A stretch of DNA of 64,000 bases from Rhynchopus sp. YZ270_cl-10 (taxonomy: Eukaryota). Below are positions 60,210 to 64,000 of this stretch, in pieces. Location: contig OZ037838.1 in the NCBI GenBank assembly GCA_964035575.1, positions 868,001 to 932,000 on the forward strand. Reading direction: 5' to 3'. The stretch's first letter is position 1; each line of letters opens with the position of its first letter. Below the pieces are notes generated by a model. The model made no database searches. It was given only the letters and a program-made list of their open reading frames with translations, and was not told the DNA's origin. The translations under genes and the position numbers were made by a program.

Positions 60210-60608
60210 TGTGTGACCAGGGGAGGGGAGGGGAGGGTGGTGATGAATATAGCTCAGGGTACCAGCAAAACAAAGCCAAGACGCACAAAAAAAAAATAAT
60301 CTCCCGTCTGTTGCACACAAGAAAGAAGAAAGACTCCAGGTCTCATTGGCGTTTGTTTCTCAAGAGTTTGTGTGTTGTTCTGTTCTTGTGGGTTGTGGAC
60401 CTTCCCCCTTCACACCACAGTACGGGCAAGCCATGAGGTTTCTTTTCACATCTCCTGTGTGTTTGCCGCAGGGTATCTGCAAATTGCTTGCTTTGTCAGA
60501 GTTTGTTGAAACAAGCATTCAACCCACCAACCTTCTTATTTGTCGTTGCGAAGTGACACCAGTGGGTCCACCAACCATCACATCAAACACAACAGACCCC
60601 TTAACAAT

Positions 60609-61730
60609 ATGATGGATGTGACCTTTGTGCTGGAAGAGTCGGGCGTGACTGCGACAGTGGAGGTGCCGTGCGAGGCGGACGTTGCAGCGGCAAAGGAGGT
60701 TGCGTGCACGGCGCTTGCTGTCTCGCCTGCGTCTGTCGAGATGCGCATCGGCACGCAGGTGCTGGAGGGGACGTGCCGTCTGCAGGACACTGCGTTTCGT
60801 GCAGGGGTGCAGGTTGTGCTTGCCCGCCGCTTTGCCGACATCAAGTGTCCTGCTCAGTACACTGCAAAGTCGCAAGCGACAACGTTCGCGCTGTCGCGTT
60901 GTGGAACGCTCTGCGTACATAGTTACGAGACTGGTCATGTTGGCGGTTTCGACACAGAAACCTTCGACACTGTCTTCTCGTTCAGAGTGGACAATAAAGT
61001 ATCCGGTGCGCCTGCCATCTCGCAGTGCAAGACACGCTGCTACGTGCCGTGTGGGGATCACCTTCTCGAGGTTGCGCTTCCGGGTGGGGAGGTGATCCGC
61101 AAAGTCGACGGCTACTCAGACGCAGTGTTCTCCTCTGGCGGTGTTATTGTTTCCCAAGGCATAAACCAAGCCAAAAAAGATGGCGTCTCTGTGTATGACG
61201 AAGGCCTGAGGTTGCTCCGCACTCTCTCGCACAAGCAGTGCAGTGGGGTGGCAGTATCGCACTGTGGTGGGTGGGTGATCACCTCCTCCTGGGAGCAGAA
61301 CGTACGTCTGTGGGATGTGAATACAGGCGAAGCTGTGGCGTGTGTGCCATTGGAGGGGTACGGGAGCTTACAAGTAGCACTTTCGCAATGTGCCTCTGTA
61401 TTTGCTGTGGCGAGCTGTGGCACCGTGAGCCGCGTGCACCTCTATGATTGGAGTGGTGCGGCTCTTCGCAGTGTTGATATGGATAAGGCTGTAGCGGGAA
61501 TGCAGTTCACCCCGTGTGGGAAGTACCTTGTGGTGGGGGTGGTAATTTTTGATTATTATAGGTTTGAAACGCTGCACCAGTTTGATGTGTCGAACATGTC
61601 CTGTGTGAATGTGATATCGTATAGCGCAGATGCGCCCTTTGCGATATCGCCGTGTTCACGCGTTGTTGTGACTATGCCAAATCCTGGCTACATTGCGACG
61701 AGACATCTGTACCCACACAACAGTGAGTGA
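60609..61730 (+). CDS. UBL + propeller copy 11
   Basis: Same architecture. Confidence 0.85.
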   Translation: MMDVTFVLEESGVTATVEVPCEADVAAAKEVACTALAVSPASVEMRIGTQVLEGTCRLQDTAFRAGVQVVLARRFADIKCPAQYTAKSQATTFALSRCGTLCVHSYETGHVGGFDTETFDTVFSFRVDNKVSGAPAISQCKTRCYVPCGDHLLEVALPGGEVIRKVDGYSDAVFSSGGVIVSQGINQAKKDGVSVYDEGLRLLRTLSHKQCSGVAVSHCGGWVITSSWEQNVRLWDVNTGEAVACVPLEGYGSLQVALSQCASVFAVASCGTVSRVHLYDWSGAALRSVDMDKAVAGMQFTPCGKYLVVGVVIFDYYRFETLHQFDVSNMSCVNVISYSADAPFAISPCSRVVVTMPNPGYIATRHLYPHNSE

Positions 61731-62078
61731 TGTTTGGCCAAGGGAGGGGAGGGAAAGTAGTGATGCATTTGACCCTTTTCTCTTGTTTGCCTGCCACAGG
61801 TTGCCGGGTGTCAGGTCGCCCACCTCACACGTGGGTTCGTTGTGGGTCGGAAACACAAACCTGACACCGAGCAGTTGTGTCCCTTCCCCCTTCACCCCAC
61901 AGTACGGGCAAGCCATGAGGTTTCTTTTCACATCTCCTGTGTATTTGCAGGGTATCTTCAAATTGCTTGTTTTGTCAGAGTTTGTTGAAACACGCATTTA
62001 ACCCACCAACCTTCTTATTTGTCGTTGCGAAGTGACACCACCAACCATCATATCAAACACAACAGACCCCTTAACAAT

Positions 62079-63091
62079 ATGATGGATGTGACCTTTGTGC
62101 TGGAAGAGTCAGGCGTGACTGCGACAGTGGAGGTGCCGTGCGAGGCGGACGTTGCAGCGGCAAAGGAGGTTGCGTGCACGGCGCTTGCTGTCTCGCCTGC
62201 GTCTGTCGAGATGCGCATCGGCACGCAGGTGCTGGAGGGGACGTGCCGTCTGCAGGACACTGCGTTTGACCCAGGGGTGCAGGTTGTGCTGGCCTGCCCT
62301 CGCTTTGCCGACATCAAGTGTCCTGCTCAGTACAGTGTAGAGGCGCCAACTGGTGGGCAGGAGAGGACTATCAAGCGTTTTTCGCTGTCTCCTTGTGGAG
62401 CACTCTGCCTCTTTGCACAGAATGCAGGCTACGTCACTGGCCTCGATACAGAAACCCTCAGCCCTGCCTTCAGGTTCAAAGTAGACATTGTGGTGTACGG
62501 TGTGCCTGCCATCTCACGGTGCAAGACACGCTGCTACCTGGCGTGCAGGGAAGGTATGCACGAGGTTGCGCTTCCGGGTGGGGAGGTGCTGACCTGACGT
62601 TGCTCCGCTCTCTTTCGCACGAAGGGTGCAGGCGTGTGGCTGTGTCGCACTGTGGTGGGTGGGTGATCACCTTCTCACGCAGTGATAAGAAGGCACGTCT
62701 GTGGGATGTGAACACAGGTGAAGAAGTGGCATGTGTGCTGATCGGAGGGGAACACCACGAAGTAGCACTTTCACGGTCGGCCTCTGTCTTTGCTGTGGGG
62801 GTAGTAAACCGCGTGCGCCTCTTTGATTGGAGTGGTGCGGCTCTTGGCAGCATTGATGTGGATGGCAATATCGAGCACATGCAGTTCACCCCGTGTGGGA
62901 AGTACATTGTACTCAATGTGTTGAGTGTCACGCATGGTTTGGAGCTGCACCAGTATGATGTTGCGACCCTTTCCTGTGTGCGTGTATTCACGGAAATAGG
63001 ACGTAACAGGTTTGTGATATCGCCCTGTTCGCGTATAGTTGTGTTTCCATCCGAAGGCCGCCTTCTGACACGCCACCTGTACCCAGAATAG
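62079..63091 (+). pseudogene. UBL + propeller copy 12, frameshifted by a ~91-nt deletion at 62590/62591
   Basis: GGAGGTGCT joins directly to GACCTGACG; the blade-3 segment present in paralogs is missing; the 3' part continues in another frame to RHLYPE*. Confidence 0.82.
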
Positions 63092-63625
63092 TTGGTGCCT
63101 GCGTGTGACGCTAGCCCTGCGCCACCAGAGTCGTCCACACCCAGGAGTCGTCACTGGCATGGATGACAGAGCATCGTGGATGGCGAGGGGCGTTCATTAG
63201 TCCACACGACTTTGACAATGGAAGTGCGCTCAATGCGGAGAGTGCACGGGTTGACGGAAAGGCTGGGGTGTGTTTGATAACAATTACGGGTAATTCTTGC
63301 ACAGAATATGGCCACATGTGTGTCTGTGGGGTGGGTTGATGGAAGTGTGAAGCAGTGCGAATTCACAACTGTGGCACACAAAGAGAAAAGCTGCTCGCAT
63401 GAGCCAAAGGCGAACAGTTTTTTTTACATGGTTGGGTTCACTGCAGTACGAAGATGCACTGTCACGTGAGGGCAGTCGCCATTTTTTTAAATGGGTGTAG
63501 GGCGGAGCTCCACTCTTCCAATGTTGGGAATTTGGTCATCTTTTTTGCTCAGTAAGAGAAAATGGAACAGAGTGGGAATGCAACGAGCTTTTTTTTTCGT
63601 AATATTTTGTTCTCCCCACTAAATA

Positions 63626-64000
63626 CCGTAAACGGAACTATTCTGGGCTGTAACTATTCTGAGACAGAAGTATTCTGGGCCGGAACAAAACTGGAACACT
63701 TGGGTTTTTTGGGGGTGTCCCAGTTTTGTTCCGGCCCAGAATAGTTCTAGTTGGGGTAGAATTTTTATCCCCGTTCCCACCCCACCCAGGTACATAGTGC
63801 ATCTTTGGGCAAAAAAAAGTGTACCGAACCCGTCCTCGGACAGGTGATTGTCGAAACTACAAGGAGTCGCACTCCTCGTTTTTTTGACAAGGCACGGAAA
63901 CCCCCCCAAAACAATGCTGGTGCGGAACAAAACTGGAACAACGATCGAGGATTTTTTGGGGTGTTCCAGTTTTATTCCGGCCCAGAATATATCTTTTTAC
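63626..64000. mobile_element. Probable CCGTA-type MITE cut by the window end
   Basis: TA|CCGTAAA..TATTCTGGGC left end; GCCCAGAATA..TTTAC at the window end; internal GGAACAAAACTGGAAC repeats. Confidence 0.6.

Noticed and set aside
24504..63091. Diversity-generating retroelement as the cause of loop variation
   Set aside because: No reverse transcriptase or template repeat seen in the window; variation includes indels and is not visibly adenine-specific.

Overview
Eukaryotic protist DNA, probably a euglenozoan (diplonemid-like). The evidence is an 18S rRNA 3'-end fragment with a euglenozoan-type tail, every credible gene on the + strand, and a few GT-AG introns. Single-copy genes: FHIP/FAM160-like, RibD_C-like reductase, Gemin2 (2 exons), XPB/Ssl2-like helicase (2 exons), a small type-I membrane protein and a Kv-type K+ channel. 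The dominant feature is a 12-member family in two tandem clusters (24.5-35.2 kb and 54.7-63.1 kb). Each copy has a nearly invariant ubiquitin-like N-terminus fused to a predicted 7-bladed beta-propeller whose framework is conserved at nucleotide level while loops predicted to lie on one face are hypervariable. This is a candidate diversified receptor/adaptor repertoire; two copies are pseudogenes. Intergenic DNA and introns contain many non-autonomous DNA transposons (TA, 6-bp and 8-bp TSD classes, nested and stacked). They also contain several families of 45-90 bp hairpin repeats, mostly co-oriented with the genes, some with target-site duplications; one derivative sits in frame inside a propeller gene. 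All family assignments are by eye and need HMM or structure confirmation.
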